The notes under the pieces were generated by a model. That model did not search any database. It was given only the letters and a program-made list of their open reading frames with translations, and was not told the DNA's origin. From sequence record NC_019410.1: a stretch of DNA of 64,000 nucleotides; one strand, 5' to 3'. The position numbers were made by a program, and so were the translations under genes. This document shows, in pieces, positions 16,970-26,217 of this stretch; within the stretch, counting starts at the first letter, position 1; every line of letters starts with the position of its first letter.

Positions 16970-17019
16970 CGTTGTCGTCGGGCGTGACTTCTAGTTGGGT
17001 TCCTGGAGGCTGTCAACAC
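16970..17019 (-). promoter_or_regulatory. repeated promoter-leader element
   Basis: GTGTTGACA-N17-TAGAAG-..-CGACGACAACG-AAGGAG. Confidence 0.85.
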
Positions 17020-17281
17020 TTTCGCTCACCGGCGCGGCGCCGTAGTGCGCGACCAGGACAAGCCGGGCGCCGCAGGCGACCAGCGCGCCGCGCGCGTCGT
17101 AGATCAGCCGTCCGGCCTCCTCGCCGTTCTTGTCCAGGATGATGGCCTCCCTGGCGTAGGTCGGCTTGCCGCTCTTGCCCCGCTGGATGCGGATCGGAGG
17201 ATCATCCGTGCCGCGCTTGGTGTTGCGGTCGATGACCTGCCGGTTGATGTTGAGGACGCAGGTCTTGCGGGTGATCTTCAT
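16991..17281 (-). CDS. phage hypothetical protein
   Basis: LNINRQVI..N.KRG..DPPI ... CGARL; stop TAG is the -10 box. Confidence 0.75.
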   Translation of the reverse strand: MKITRKTCVLNINRQVIDRNTKRGTDDPPIRIQRGKSGKPTYAREAIILDKNGEEAGRLIYDARGALVACGARLVLVAHYGAAPVSESVDSLQEPN

Positions 17282-17586
17282 TTGGCGGCGGCCTCCATCC
17301 TGAGGGTGATGATTTCCTGGCGCAGGCGCTCGTTCTCGCTCCGCATCCGTTCGAGAGGATCGGTGATCGCCCGGACGCGCGCGTCGATCAGGGCCTTCTC
17401 CTCGGGCGAGCGCCACTGGTAGCCGTGATAGAGGGCGCTCAGCAGGTTGACCTTGCCGCTGCCGGCGACGATCTTGCCCCGCGTCTTGAGCCATTCCGCC
17501 GCCGCCGCCTCATGCAGGAGCCAGGGCGTGGGATGCAGGGGAAGCAGGCGCGCCGGGATCGGCGCGCCATGGTGGTCCAGGATCAA
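17278..17586 (-). CDS. hypothetical protein
   Basis: Coupled overlaps. Confidence 0.65.
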   Translation of the reverse strand: MILDHHGAPIPARLLPLHPTPWLLHEAAAAEWLKTRGKIVAGSGKVNLLSALYHGYQWRSPEEKALIDARVRAITDPLERMRSENERLRQEIITLRMEAAAK

Positions 17587-19004
17587 ATCAGCGCTCCTTG
17601 GCTCGGATCGGCCGGCGCGTAGACGGCGCGGTTGATGGTGGTCTCCGGCTCGCCCGAGCGCTTGTTGGCGCCGTGACGCTTGATCGTGGCCCGGATGGCG
17701 TAGCGCTTGCCGGCCTCGGGACGGTACTTGCCGGTGTGGAAGTTCACCACCGCCGAGCCGTCATCGCAGCGGATGGCCACGATGCAGGTCGTCTCGCCGA
17801 AGTCGTTGGTGTAGAGGTTGGTCCGCACGACCTCGCCCACGAAGTCCACACGCTGGCCCTCGGCGGCGTCGAGGTGCTTGGCAGGCGGGCGCTGGGGAGC
17901 GTCGGCCTTCTTGCGGGCGTCCTCCTCGCGCTCCAGGGCGCGGCCGACCGACAGACCGACAGCGGCGACGATCACCCCGATGCGCTTGACCAGGACGAAA
18001 TCTTCCTGGGCGAGCACCATCTTGATGTTCTCGTGGAACGGATTGCCCGGCTTCAGCGAGCGGATGTAGTCGGTGAAGCCCTCGCGGTCGAATTCCGGAT
18101 CGAAGCCCTTGTAGGAGTCGATGATCTCCTGGTTGCGCTTGCGCTCGTAGTCCGACAGGCCATAGCCCCGGTTGCCGAACATCAGCAGGCCGACATGCTT
18201 GCGCGATTCCTCCTTGCTGTAGCCGCCGAACCGGCGAGCCACGCGGTACGAGGTCCGCAGGAGTTCGCCCAGGTCGACGTACTCCTCGCCCTTGCGCCAG
18301 CCGCCCGGATCGCCCTTGAAGTTGTTCAGGTCATCCCAGAACGACAGCATGCGGACCGGATCGGCCCCCATATAGGCTTTCAGGCACGAGGCCCCGATCA
18401 TCTTGATCCCGTCGGCGGTCTCGCAGACGAAGGTGTGTTTGCGGCGCTGGTTGACGCCGCAGTGGGCGCACTCGCCAGCGTGTACACGCATCCCTTCCAC
18501 GACGTCGTTGGCGGTCTTGTCGACCAGCTTGAGGTAGTGCCCCGTCTTCTCGGCGGCTTCGTAGATGCCCAGGACGCGGCCCTTCTCGCCGACCATCGGC
18601 GGAACCGACAGGGTGATCTCGATGCGGCGCACCACCATGGCCTCGTCGCTCAGATAGGGCGAGGGAATGTCGACCACCTTGCGCTCCAGGACCTCCAGGG
18701 TCTGGGCGCCGTGGGCGGCCCGCTTCTGGAGCTTGGCCAGCAGGCGCATGAAGCGTTCCTCGACGGCGAAGCCCATCATGAAGGTCAGGACGGCTTGGCC
18801 GTCGCGCACGCCTTCCTGGGCCTCCCACATGGCGGTCCGGTGAGCCTCGCGCTCCTGCTCGTCCTCGAAGATCGACACGCCCCTGGCGGTCACGACCTCG
18901 ACGCCGTCGACCAGCACGCTGGCCTGATCGGCGACCGTCTCGGGACGCTCACCGTAGGTTTCCAGCATGTAGTCCTGGTAGCTGCCTTCGAATTCGCCAA
19001 ACAT
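17583..19004 (-). CDS. hypothetical protein with Cys/His motif and C-terminal OB-fold-like domain
   Basis: CAHCG..QRRK.TFV...GASCL; C-terminal GQRV.FVGEV...ATIKRHG...ETTINR. Confidence 0.8.
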   Translation of the reverse strand: MFGEFEGSYQDYMLETYGERPETVADQASVLVDGVEVVTARGVSIFEDEQEREAHRTAMWEAQEGVRDGQAVLTFMMGFAVEERFMRLLAKLQKRAAHGAQTLEVLERKVVDIPSPYLSDEAMVVRRIEITLSVPPMVGEKGRVLGIYEAAEKTGHYLKLVDKTANDVVEGMRVHAGECAHCGVNQRRKHTFVCETADGIKMIGASCLKAYMGADPVRMLSFWDDLNNFKGDPGGWRKGEEYVDLGELLRTSYRVARRFGGYSKEESRKHVGLLMFGNRGYGLSDYERKRNQEIIDSYKGFDPEFDREGFTDYIRSLKPGNPFHENIKMVLAQEDFVLVKRIGVIVAAVGLSVGRALEREEDARKKADAPQRPPAKHLDAAEGQRVDFVGEVVRTNLYTNDFGETTCIVAIRCDDGSAVVNFHTGKYRPEAGKRYAIRATIKRHGANKRSGEPETTINRAVYAPADPSQGALI

Positions 19005-19017
19005 GATCGGCTCCTCT

Positions 19018-19075
19018 CGCTGTCGTGAGGGAGCTTGTACGGACTCATGCCGATGCTGTCAACACTCTAACGCCA
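19018..19075 (-). promoter_or_regulatory. repeated promoter-leader element
   Basis: TGGC-N9-TTGACA-N17-TACAAG-..-CACGACAGCG-AGAGGAG; GANTC in spacer. Confidence 0.8.
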
Positions 19076-19086
19076 ACAAAGAATCG

Positions 19087-19407
19087 CTAGGCCGCGTCCT
19101 CGGGCGCCATTTCGAGCGTCAGGGTGTACATGTCGTCGACGCCGATCGCCGGCTCGATCCCGACGATCACGCAGGTCCTGATCTTGCCGCTCTGGGCCTC
19201 GTAGATCACCGTGTCGTCCAGGCGCGGACCTTGGCAGTGAACCATCACGCTGGCCCGGTCGATCAGCAGGGGCTTCCTGAACCATCCGCGCTTGACCTTG
19301 CGCGGCGGCGCGATCTTGAACGTGCTGGCGTGGAGCGCGTGTCCCCAGCCCTGCTTGGCGGGCCGGAAGTCGAAGGTGCGCGGGGCTTTATCGAGGCGCA
19401 GGAGCAT
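19087..19407 (-). CDS. hypothetical protein
   Basis: 106 aa, coupled overlap. Confidence 0.7.
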   Translation of the reverse strand: MLLRLDKAPRTFDFRPAKQGWGHALHASTFKIAPPRKVKRGWFRKPLLIDRASVMVHCQGPRLDDTVIYEAQSGKIRTCVIVGIEPAIGVDDMYTLTLEMAPEDAA

Positions 19408-19615
19408 GGTGGTCCTTTTCCAGAGTGCGGCGCTCCAGGCGCCTGTGGCCGATGAAGGTGATCATGTCCTTGGCCTGGACACGCGTGGGCATATAGCCTC
19501 CGAACCGCCGCTGGAGCGGGATGCGCCGGTACTTGGCGTCGAACTTCCAGCGCCAGCGCCACGCGTCGGGGTTCTGCCGCGCGAGGAGGGCGAAGACGAA
19601 GGACGGCGGGATCAT
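19388..19615 (-). CDS. hypothetical protein
   Basis: 75 aa, coupled overlap. Confidence 0.55.
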   Translation of the reverse strand: MIPPSFVFALLARQNPDAWRWRWKFDAKYRRIPLQRRFGGYMPTRVQAKDMITFIGHRRLERRTLEKDHHAPAPR

Positions 19616-19857
19616 GGATTGTCTCCCGAGAGGACCGAGAAGGTCGCCACCGGCGTCTTGCCGTCCAGCGGATGACCCAGGATCAGTTCGGGGTCCTCGT
19701 CGCCCTCGCGGTCCTTCCAGACCACCTTGCCGTGATAGGTCATGACGCCGGCCGGGAGGTTCTGGCTGACCAGCCGCAGGGTCTCGGCATAGACATGGGT
19801 CCAGTCGAATAGGTTCACCTGGGCCGGATTGTTGGTCACGCTGACGATCAAGGGCAT
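19612..19857 (-). CDS. hypothetical protein
   Basis: ATG 19857 overlapping upstream TGA. Confidence 0.65.
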   Translation of the reverse strand: MPLIVSVTNNPAQVNLFDWTHVYAETLRLVSQNLPAGVMTYHGKVVWKDREGDEDPELILGHPLDGKTPVATFSVLSGDNP

Positions 19858-20378
19858 CAGGAGGTCGAGCCTTTCAGATGGGTGTGGCCGCGATGGAACA
19901 TGGTGGCGGCCTGCTTTTCGGTCCGGCACGGCCCGAACCACAGGCTGTCGCCCTGGCGGCGGGCGGCGATCCCGTATTCCCGCCGGGGCTCTTCGAGATA
20001 GGGGAGCGTCGTCAGGGCGCTCAGGACCTCGTAGGGCGTCTCGTCCGCCTCGATCTGGTCGTCGGTCACGGCGATGTAGAAATAGAGGTCGCGATCGGCC
20101 AGACCTAGCGGCGACTTGGCCCGGAACGAGCGGTAGCTCGACCAGAACCAGCCTCGCCGCATCTCCAGGCCCCGACGGACGCCGAGCAAGCCCTCCTGGG
20201 TCTCGCCCTCGGGCCAGCACCCGAGGATCGAGGCGCTATAGGTCGCGCCCTCGGGCTCGCCGAGGTCGGCGCGGACAGCCGTCATGGCGATCGCCTTGGC
20301 CTCTTCCTCGTCGGCCGCCGCGATCTCGATCTCGGTGACCAGGGACTGGGAGACCTTGACCAGGAACCGCTCAGTCAC
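19857..20378 (-). CDS. hypothetical protein, N-terminal beta-beta-alpha (DpnD/PcfM-like) unit
   Basis: GTG 20378; FLVKVSQSLVTEIEIAAADEEEAKAIA. Confidence 0.7.
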   Translation of the reverse strand: MTERFLVKVSQSLVTEIEIAAADEEEAKAIAMTAVRADLGEPEGATYSASILGCWPEGETQEGLLGVRRGLEMRRGWFWSSYRSFRAKSPLGLADRDLYFYIAVTDDQIEADETPYEVLSALTTLPYLEEPRREYGIAARRQGDSLWFGPCRTEKQAATMFHRGHTHLKGSTS

Positions 20379-21063
20379 GGAGACCTGCGAGTTGGAACGC
20401 CGTGGCGCCAACGGCCGCCGCCAGTTCTTGCTTCAGGTGCTCGACGTCCTCCTTCAATTCCTTGAAGTAGGGCGTGTCGGCGAGCAGGTCCTGCATTTTC
20501 CAGGCCAGGGTGTAGGCCCGGTGGACATAGCTCGTCGGATCGTCCTCGACCATCTTGACGACGTCGATCGCCTTCAGTTCGATCAGGCCCTCGGGACCCT
20601 TGATGAACACCACGTCGTGCGGCTCGATGATCCGAACGCCGCCCGAGGCGAGGTTCTTCAGGACACGCTCGCGGTGCTCGCAGTGGTCGACCACGCCGAT
20701 CTCGCCGCGCAGGGCGTGCGGCGGGTTGTGGGTCACCATGACGACCCGATCGCCCGGCTGGAACGCCCAGCGCACTTCGGGGTCGTTGAGGTGGTCGTCG
20801 ACCATCTGGCGGATCGTCGCCAGGGAAGTGTGGCCGTAGCAGTCGCCGTGGAGGACGTAGTGGATGATCTTCCACTCCTTCTTGGTCGGCATCGGGATTT
20901 CCTTCCCGTCGCCGTCGCGGCCGTGATAGTAGGCCGCCGTGCCCAGGCGATGGATGAGTTCGAAGGGTTCGCCCTCGTCGGTGATCTCCGGATGCTCGTC
21001 GAGCAGCGCGATCATCTTGGCGAGGCTGTAGGTGAGCGGTCGGGTGGCGGGGCGCTGGGTCAC
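20371..21063 (-). CDS. hypothetical protein with SH3/KOW-like segment
   Basis: GTG 21063; FQPGDRVVM...GEIGVV. Confidence 0.75.
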   Translation of the reverse strand: MTQRPATRPLTYSLAKMIALLDEHPEITDEGEPFELIHRLGTAAYYHGRDGDGKEIPMPTKKEWKIIHYVLHGDCYGHTSLATIRQMVDDHLNDPEVRWAFQPGDRVVMVTHNPPHALRGEIGVVDHCEHRERVLKNLASGGVRIIEPHDVVFIKGPEGLIELKAIDVVKMVEDDPTSYVHRAYTLAWKMQDLLADTPYFKELKEDVEHLKQELAAAVGATAFQLAGLRD

Positions 21064-21944
21064 AGGTGCTTCTCCAGGCTCAGGTCGTCGATCACCGCCT
21101 GGGCGATCGCTTCCAGATTGAAGTGGCCGTCGATGACCGTGTCCTGCGCATCGTCGGCGTCGACATAGTTGGACGGCGTCGGCGCCGGGGCTTCCAGGAT
21201 CGCACGCTTCAGGGCGTCGGCCAGGATGACCGCCGGGGTCCGCTTGACCTTGGCCTTCTTGACCTTCCAGTTGAGGTCCTGGAGGCGCACGACGCGGCGA
21301 TCGCCGTCGACGATCTCCTTGAAGGCGCCGGCCTTGATCAGCCGCTCGACCGTGTCGTCGCTGAAATGCGGGTTGGCCTCGTCGACCGGGAAGGTTGTCC
21401 AGCAGTCCTGGCCCAGTTGGGTCAGGGTGCGCGAGGCGTTGTTCGCCGCGACGATGGCGTGGTACTCGTCGGCGAGCATGAACTGCTCGTAGCCAGGGCC
21501 GCAGAGCGTGCCCCGATCGTTCAGGACCTCGACATAGCAGTTCTCGCCGTTCCAAGAATCGGAGAGGTAGCACTTGACCAGGGTGTAGGTCTTGCCGACG
21601 GTGTAGTTCTCGTTGCCGCCGACATAGACCGCCTGGGCGTTCTGTGGGAACGGCCAGCGATACTGCTCGTGGTCGGGATCGAACGCCTCCAGGACCTTCA
21701 GGATCGAGTCCAGGCTCACCTCGTCGGGGGTGAAGCGCTTGTACTTGCCGTCGGCGTCGCGGCCGTGGAAGAGGTCCTGGCACTCGCGCACGATGTCGTA
21801 CTCGAACGGCCAGATCGCGCCGCCGCGATAGTCCGAGAGGACCTTGTCGAACTCGGCGACCGAGGCGCCCGACGCGGCCATGGCAAGCAGCGTCTGGAGG
21901 ATTTCGGCCGGCGGGCGGGCGTAGGCGTGGGGCTGTCGGATCAT
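21060..21944 (-). CDS. hypothetical protein
   Basis: 294 aa, coupled overlaps. Confidence 0.8.
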   Translation of the reverse strand: MIRQPHAYARPPAEILQTLLAMAASGASVAEFDKVLSDYRGGAIWPFEYDIVRECQDLFHGRDADGKYKRFTPDEVSLDSILKVLEAFDPDHEQYRWPFPQNAQAVYVGGNENYTVGKTYTLVKCYLSDSWNGENCYVEVLNDRGTLCGPGYEQFMLADEYHAIVAANNASRTLTQLGQDCWTTFPVDEANPHFSDDTVERLIKAGAFKEIVDGDRRVVRLQDLNWKVKKAKVKRTPAVILADALKRAILEAPAPTPSNYVDADDAQDTVIDGHFNLEAIAQAVIDDLSLEKHL

Positions 21945-22303
21945 TGGTCCGACACCTTCGCCAGTTGCTTTTCCAGTTCGGCGCGCAGTTCAGCGTCGCT
22001 CAGGCCCAGGCGCTCCTTCATGAACGCCACCGCCTCGGCGGTGGTCTCGAAGGAGCGGGTCTCGGCATCGGTGCTGTCGCGCAGGCCAAGGATTTCGATC
22101 ACGCCCCAGAACGTCGCCCAGGCGGTGGCGATCAAGGCCGCCAGCGTGATGGCGAAGCCGAAGTCGAACTGGCGCGCGGCGCTCAGTTCCCCCACCTCGA
22201 CCGCCGTCCAGGCCACCGCCACGAGGCTCACCGAGGTGAGGTGAAGCAGGGCGCTCGTGCGGGTGTGGGTCGGGCGGACGGTCAGGGTCATCTTGTCTTG
22301 CAT
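21941..22303 (-). CDS. membrane protein
   Basis: ATG 22303 after GAGGAG; two hydrophobic segments. Confidence 0.75.
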   Translation of the reverse strand: MQDKMTLTVRPTHTRTSALLHLTSVSLVAVAWTAVEVGELSAARQFDFGFAITLAALIATAWATFWGVIEILGLRDSTDAETRSFETTAEAVAFMKERLGLSDAELRAELEKQLAKVSDQ

Positions 22304-22319
22304 GAGGGTCTCCTCTGCG

Positions 22320-22376
22320 GTTGTCGTCGCCCGCCTCTTAGGACAAGGCCGCAGCCTTGTCAACACATTCAAGCCA
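22320..22376 (-). promoter_or_regulatory. repeated promoter-leader element
   Basis: TGGC-N9-TTGACA-N17-TAAGAG-..-CGACGACAAC. Confidence 0.85.
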
Positions 22377-23502
22377 ACGTGACGCCGAGCGTCGCGGCCA
22401 TCTTCTGGAGCGCCGCGCGCTGGGTCTTGATCTGCTCGTCGAACTTGTCGAAGGCGGTCAGGACGTCGGTCTCCAGCTTGCCGAGCGCTTCCCACTGCTT
22501 CTTGAGTTCGGCGCCGGCCAATTCCGCCGCCTCGTTGCGTTCGGGGCCATAGACCCGCTCGCGCATTTCGGCGACCCAGGCCCAGGGCAGACCCAGGTCC
22601 TCGGCGACCTTCTTGTCGGTCCAGGTCCCGATGTAGCGCTGCTGGATCGTGTTGTAGTGGACGTCGAGGGCCTCGATGATCCGGCGGTTCTCGGCCGGCG
22701 TCGCCGTGCGCGGCGGATCGGCGAGAGGAACAGGTGTGGCGACGGCGGCTGCGGTGGCGGGCACGGGGGCGATCTCCGAAACAGGGTTGGGGGCGTCCGG
22801 GGCAAGCTTGCCCTGGCGGATCAGACGGGTGCGGGCGGCGTTCTTCTGCCGCTGGGAGCGTTCCTCGGGGGTCATCGACTCCCAGTAGCGGCGGGAGGCC
22901 TCGCCCTGCTTGGCGGCGGTCTCGGCCTTCTTGGCGGCGGCGCGCTCGCGGCGCGTGGCGTGACCCTTGGCGGTGGCGGCCGAGCGCTGTTCGGGAGTCA
23001 TGGCGCTCTGGACCCGGCGCAGGCGCTCGGCGTCCCCGCGCCCGCTCTTGGCCTTGAGGCCGCTCTTGACCATCGCCGCCTCCACGAGGGCGGCGCCGAC
23101 GGCGGTCGGAGCGTTGGCGGGATTGGGCTTAGGTTCCACGATCTCTTCCTTTGGAATGATCTCGAATTTCGAAAGGGCGTTCGAGACGGTGTAGACGGCC
23201 GCGTCGAGCAGGATGTCGTGTTGGTTCTCGGGCGGCTGCGAGGCGGCCTTGGCCAGCCCGTGGCAGGCGGGACAGACGTCCTTGGTGCGCGAGCCGCCGA
23301 CGGACCAGCCGCGTTTGCGGAACATCCTGGCGGCGAACTCCGCCGGGATATGAGGCGATCGGGTGGTGATGGGGATGGCGTCCTCGGCCGGGCACTTGCG
23401 GCAGACGATGACCACGTGGTTCTGTCGCTTGGACAGATCGCCGTTCAGGGGACGCATCTCGACCCGGAACGCATCCCGTGTCGCCAGTTTTGTCGTGCTC
23501 AT
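22369..23502 (-). CDS. hypothetical protein (Zn-finger plus MTPExRS repeats)
   Basis: CRKC...CPAC; MTPEQRS and MTPEERS repeats; C-terminal coiled coil. Confidence 0.8.
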   Translation of the reverse strand: MSTTKLATRDAFRVEMRPLNGDLSKRQNHVVIVCRKCPAEDAIPITTRSPHIPAEFAARMFRKRGWSVGGSRTKDVCPACHGLAKAASQPPENQHDILLDAAVYTVSNALSKFEIIPKEEIVEPKPNPANAPTAVGAALVEAAMVKSGLKAKSGRGDAERLRRVQSAMTPEQRSAATAKGHATRRERAAAKKAETAAKQGEASRRYWESMTPEERSQRQKNAARTRLIRQGKLAPDAPNPVSEIAPVPATAAAVATPVPLADPPRTATPAENRRIIEALDVHYNTIQQRYIGTWTDKKVAEDLGLPWAWVAEMRERVYGPERNEAAELAGAELKKQWEALGKLETDVLTAFDKFDEQIKTQRAALQKMAATLGVTLA

Positions 23503-23511
23503 GCTATGGGT

Positions 23512-23751
23512 TCACCGACATGAGAAGCATACCTCATCTTCTAGCTCGGACGGATCGCACCAGTGGTCGCAGACCTCGCACTTCCAGACCTTGCGGTCGA
23601 GGAAGGTGAAGAAGGCGTCCGGGGCGTCGTAGTAGCCGAACGGGAAGCCGGCGTTGTCGACGGCCTCCTGGACGTCGATCGTCGTGCCGATCATCTTCGG
23701 CGCCAGACGCAGCGCCATGGCCATCAGTTCGGGGCCGCCGGGCTCAGCCAT
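23512..23751 (-). CDS. small Cys-rich protein
   Basis: CEVCDHWC...CFSC. Confidence 0.65.
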   Translation of the reverse strand: MAEPGGPELMAMALRLAPKMIGTTIDVQEAVDNAGFPFGYYDAPDAFFTFLDRKVWKCEVCDHWCDPSELEDEVCFSCR

Positions 23752-24082
23752 GGGCCTTCGCCTTTCTCGGGCGGTTCTCGTCCCACCAGACATGCCACTC
23801 GGCCTTGGTCATCCACGGCTGCTTGCGGCGGTCGTTATAGACCCCGAGGCCCTCGCGCGTGACCTGATAGCGCTTGGAGCCGCGCGTCATGAAGGGCAGG
23901 CGCTGCTCGGAGATCACGTAGCCGCGCTTCTCCAGCTTGGCCAGCGTCGCCGAGTGGTGCGAGCCGTTCGAGCCCCCGACTTCCATTGGCGTATGCCAGC
24001 GGATCGGCTCATCGCGGAAGGTTGGGATGAGACAGCCCAGAACCTCCCAGTCGCGGTCGGTGAGGGGACGCAGTCGGCTCAC
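23744..24082 (-). CDS. putative winged-helix protein
   Basis: HSATLAKLEKRGYV...YQVTREG. Confidence 0.65.
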   Translation of the reverse strand: MSRLRPLTDRDWEVLGCLIPTFRDEPIRWHTPMEVGGSNGSHHSATLAKLEKRGYVISEQRLPFMTRGSKRYQVTREGLGVYNDRRKQPWMTKAEWHVWWDENRPRKAKAHG

Positions 24083-24252
24083 CGCAGTAGCTCTCCGTCG
24101 GCGATCCGGATGTCGCTCAGGGGATAGTCCTGGAAGAAGGCGCGCAGCCGCTGGCGTAGCATCCCCTCGACAGCCTCGGCGTTGTTCAAGGTCTCGAAGA
24201 GGTCCTCGAACATCTGGCGCTCATTGGCGCGTAAGGGTCGGGTCTTCGGCAT
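24079..24252 (-). CDS. hypothetical protein
   Basis: ATG 24252 after AAGGAG and promoter element. Confidence 0.75.
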   Translation of the reverse strand: MPKTRPLRANERQMFEDLFETLNNAEAVEGMLRQRLRAFFQDYPLSDIRIADGELLR

Positions 24253-24264
24253 CGAGGTCTCCTT

Positions 24265-24322
24265 CGTTGTCGTCATGCGGCTTCTAGGTCGACTTTGCCG
24301 GATTGTCAACACATTCCAGCCA
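24265..24322 (-). promoter_or_regulatory. repeated promoter-leader element
   Basis: TGGC-N9-TTGACA-N17-TAGAAG-..-TGACGACAACG-AAGGAG. Confidence 0.85.
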
Positions 24323-24635
24323 GCCGGGCGATGTAGTCCCGCATCGCCGCGCTGGACGCATAGCGCCATGTCCAAGGGACCTGCTCGGGCCGCGCGCCGT
24401 TGAACCGGCAGAGCCAGAGGAAGGCCGCCTCGGAATGGGGCCAGTTCTCGGCGTCGGCCGAGAAACCGGTCATGCGGAAGCACGCCGCGACCTCGGCCGG
24501 CGTCAGGTTCGGGTCGCGCACGGCCTTGAGCTTGACCTTCACCTCCTCGGGCGGCGCGGGTGGCGGGGGCTCGACCTCGTAGCCGGCCTTTCGCAGGAGC
24601 TTGATCGCGGCGGCGATCTCAGGACTCGGTTTCAG
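24306..24635 (-). CDS. hypothetical protein (possible CTG start 24635; track start 24542)
   Basis: Coding-like frame upstream of 24542 (EIAAAIKLLRKAGYEVE) with GGGGAG before CTG. Confidence 0.6.
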   Translation of the reverse strand: MKPSPEIAAAIKLLRKAGYEVEPPPPAPPEEVKVKLKAVRDPNLTPAEVAACFRMTGFSADAENWPHSEAAFLWLCRFNGARPEQVPWTWRYASSAAMRDYIARLAGMC

Positions 24636-24867
24636 GTTTCCACTCCCCGCACCAGGAATTCATGTGGACCAGCGGGAATTCCGCCCAGCCGATCTGGTCG
24701 GGCGGGTTGTCCCCGTGGAAGCTGCCGCCCGTTCGCGCGGGGTGGTAGCGCGACGGGCCGACCTTGATCGAGGGTGGGAAGCGCCGGCAGTCGCCGTGCA
24801 TCTGGACCGCGCCCGTCTCAAGGAAGAACCGGCAGGTCTTGCAGGATTGACCTTCGGGCTGTCTCAT
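24619..24867 (-). CDS. small Cys-rich phage protein
   Basis: CKTCRFF...GDCRRFPP...WCGEW. Confidence 0.7.
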   Translation of the reverse strand: MRQPEGQSCKTCRFFLETGAVQMHGDCRRFPPSIKVGPSRYHPARTGGSFHGDNPPDQIGWAEFPLVHMNSWCGEWKPETES

Positions 24868-25130
24868 GCGGGGACCCTGCCGGCGCTGACGGCCGCGCGC
24901 CAAGCGGCGACGTCGCCCAGAACCGCGCCGCCCAGGAAGCGGTCCTCATGGACCGGCACGTCGCCGTCGGCCAGCGCCAGCAGATCGAGTTGGGCGTCGA
25001 TCCACTGCTGCTCGCTCATATAGGGCTGGTGGCGCGCCGTGGCGCGGATGCCGTATTGCAGGCGCTTGTCGTAGAGGGTGAGACGCAGGCCCGCGTGGTC
25101 GCGCTCGATCCAGATGTCAGGCCGCTGCAT
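24864..25130 (-). CDS. hypothetical protein
   Basis: Coupled overlaps. Confidence 0.65.
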   Translation of the reverse strand: MQRPDIWIERDHAGLRLTLYDKRLQYGIRATARHQPYMSEQQWIDAQLDLLALADGDVPVHEDRFLGGAVLGDVAAWRAAVSAGRVPA

Positions 25131-26148
25131 CGGCGACCTCCTCGACCTCTTCCTCGCTCGGGGCGATCGTCGAGCCCGAATATTCCTGGAGGTGGTCGAC
25201 CGCCTTCTGGGCCAGCGACGCGGCGGTGAAGATGAAGCGCTTGTCGCCCTTCAGGACCTTCAGCCAGGAGGCGACATAGGAGGCGTGGTCTTCGCGGACT
25301 TCCGGGGTCAGGCCGAGGATGGCGCAGAGGAAGGCCGAGCCCAGTTCGGCGACCAGTTCCTCGGCGGCGTAGGCCTCGTCACCGAAGCGCTTGCCGAACT
25401 CGCGGTTCAGGCGGTCCTCGCGACCGGTCCAGTGGACGAACTCGTGGCCGAGGGTGGCGTAGTAGCTCTCCTCGTCGCGGAAGGCGTCGAACTGGGGCAT
25501 CTGGATGAAGTCCAGGTGCGGCGAGAAGAAGGCCCGATGGCCGCCGTGGCGCACCTCGGCGCCCGTGGCGGCGAAGAACTTCTCGACCGCCGCGTTGCGC
25601 TCCAGGACCCGCTTGGCTTCCTCGGCGGGCGTCGCCGGGGCCGGGGCGGGCTTCTGGTAGAAGCGCTCGGGCAGACCGTCGATCTGCTCGACGTTGAACA
25701 CCAGATAGGACTTCAGGAACGGGATCATCCGCTCGACGTCCTTGCCGTTCGAGTCCTTCTCGGTCTTCTTGAACTTGGAGGCGTAGACGATCAGTTCGGA
25801 CTTCTCGCCCTTGCGGACCTGACCACCCAGGTCCCTGGCTTGGTTGTAGGTCATCCAGGTTGGGTTGGTGTAACCGCGCTCCTGCGCGGCGGCCCACAGG
25901 AGGACCACGTTGATCCCGGTGTAGCGCTGGCCCGTCACGCGGCGCGGATAGATCGCCATGCCAGCCGAGGCGCCGCCGGGAGCCGACCACGGCTTCAACC
26001 AGGGACGCACGCCAGCGTCGAGCGCGGCGACGATCTTGTCGGTGATCTTCTGATAGAGGTCGACCTTCACGGTTTCGGTCGAGGCCTTGCCCGTCTCCTT
26101 GGTGGAGCGCTTGGTCGGCTTCTTCTTGGCGGCGGTGGTCTTGGTCAT
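25117..26148 (-). CDS. ardC: ArdC-like antirestriction ssDNA-binding / zincin protein
   Basis: DLYQKITDKI..ALDAGV.PW.KPW, YTGINV..LW, WMTYNQA..LGGQVRKGEK, HEFVHWTG, YAAEELVAELGSA, HASYVASWL. Confidence 0.92.
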   Translation of the reverse strand: MTKTTAAKKKPTKRSTKETGKASTETVKVDLYQKITDKIVAALDAGVRPWLKPWSAPGGASAGMAIYPRRVTGQRYTGINVVLLWAAAQERGYTNPTWMTYNQARDLGGQVRKGEKSELIVYASKFKKTEKDSNGKDVERMIPFLKSYLVFNVEQIDGLPERFYQKPAPAPATPAEEAKRVLERNAAVEKFFAATGAEVRHGGHRAFFSPHLDFIQMPQFDAFRDEESYYATLGHEFVHWTGREDRLNREFGKRFGDEAYAAEELVAELGSAFLCAILGLTPEVREDHASYVASWLKVLKGDKRFIFTAASLAQKAVDHLQEYSGSTIAPSEEEVEEVADAAA

Positions 26149-26159
26149 CAGGGCCTCCT

Positions 26160-26217
26160 CGTTGTCGTCGAGGGGGTTCTAGCCGGCGACCGCGACCTTG
26201 TCAACACTCTCGCGCCA
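26160..26217 (-). promoter_or_regulatory. repeated promoter-leader element
   Basis: TGGC-N9-TTGACA-N17-TAGAAC-..-CGACGACAACG-AGGAGG. Confidence 0.88.
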
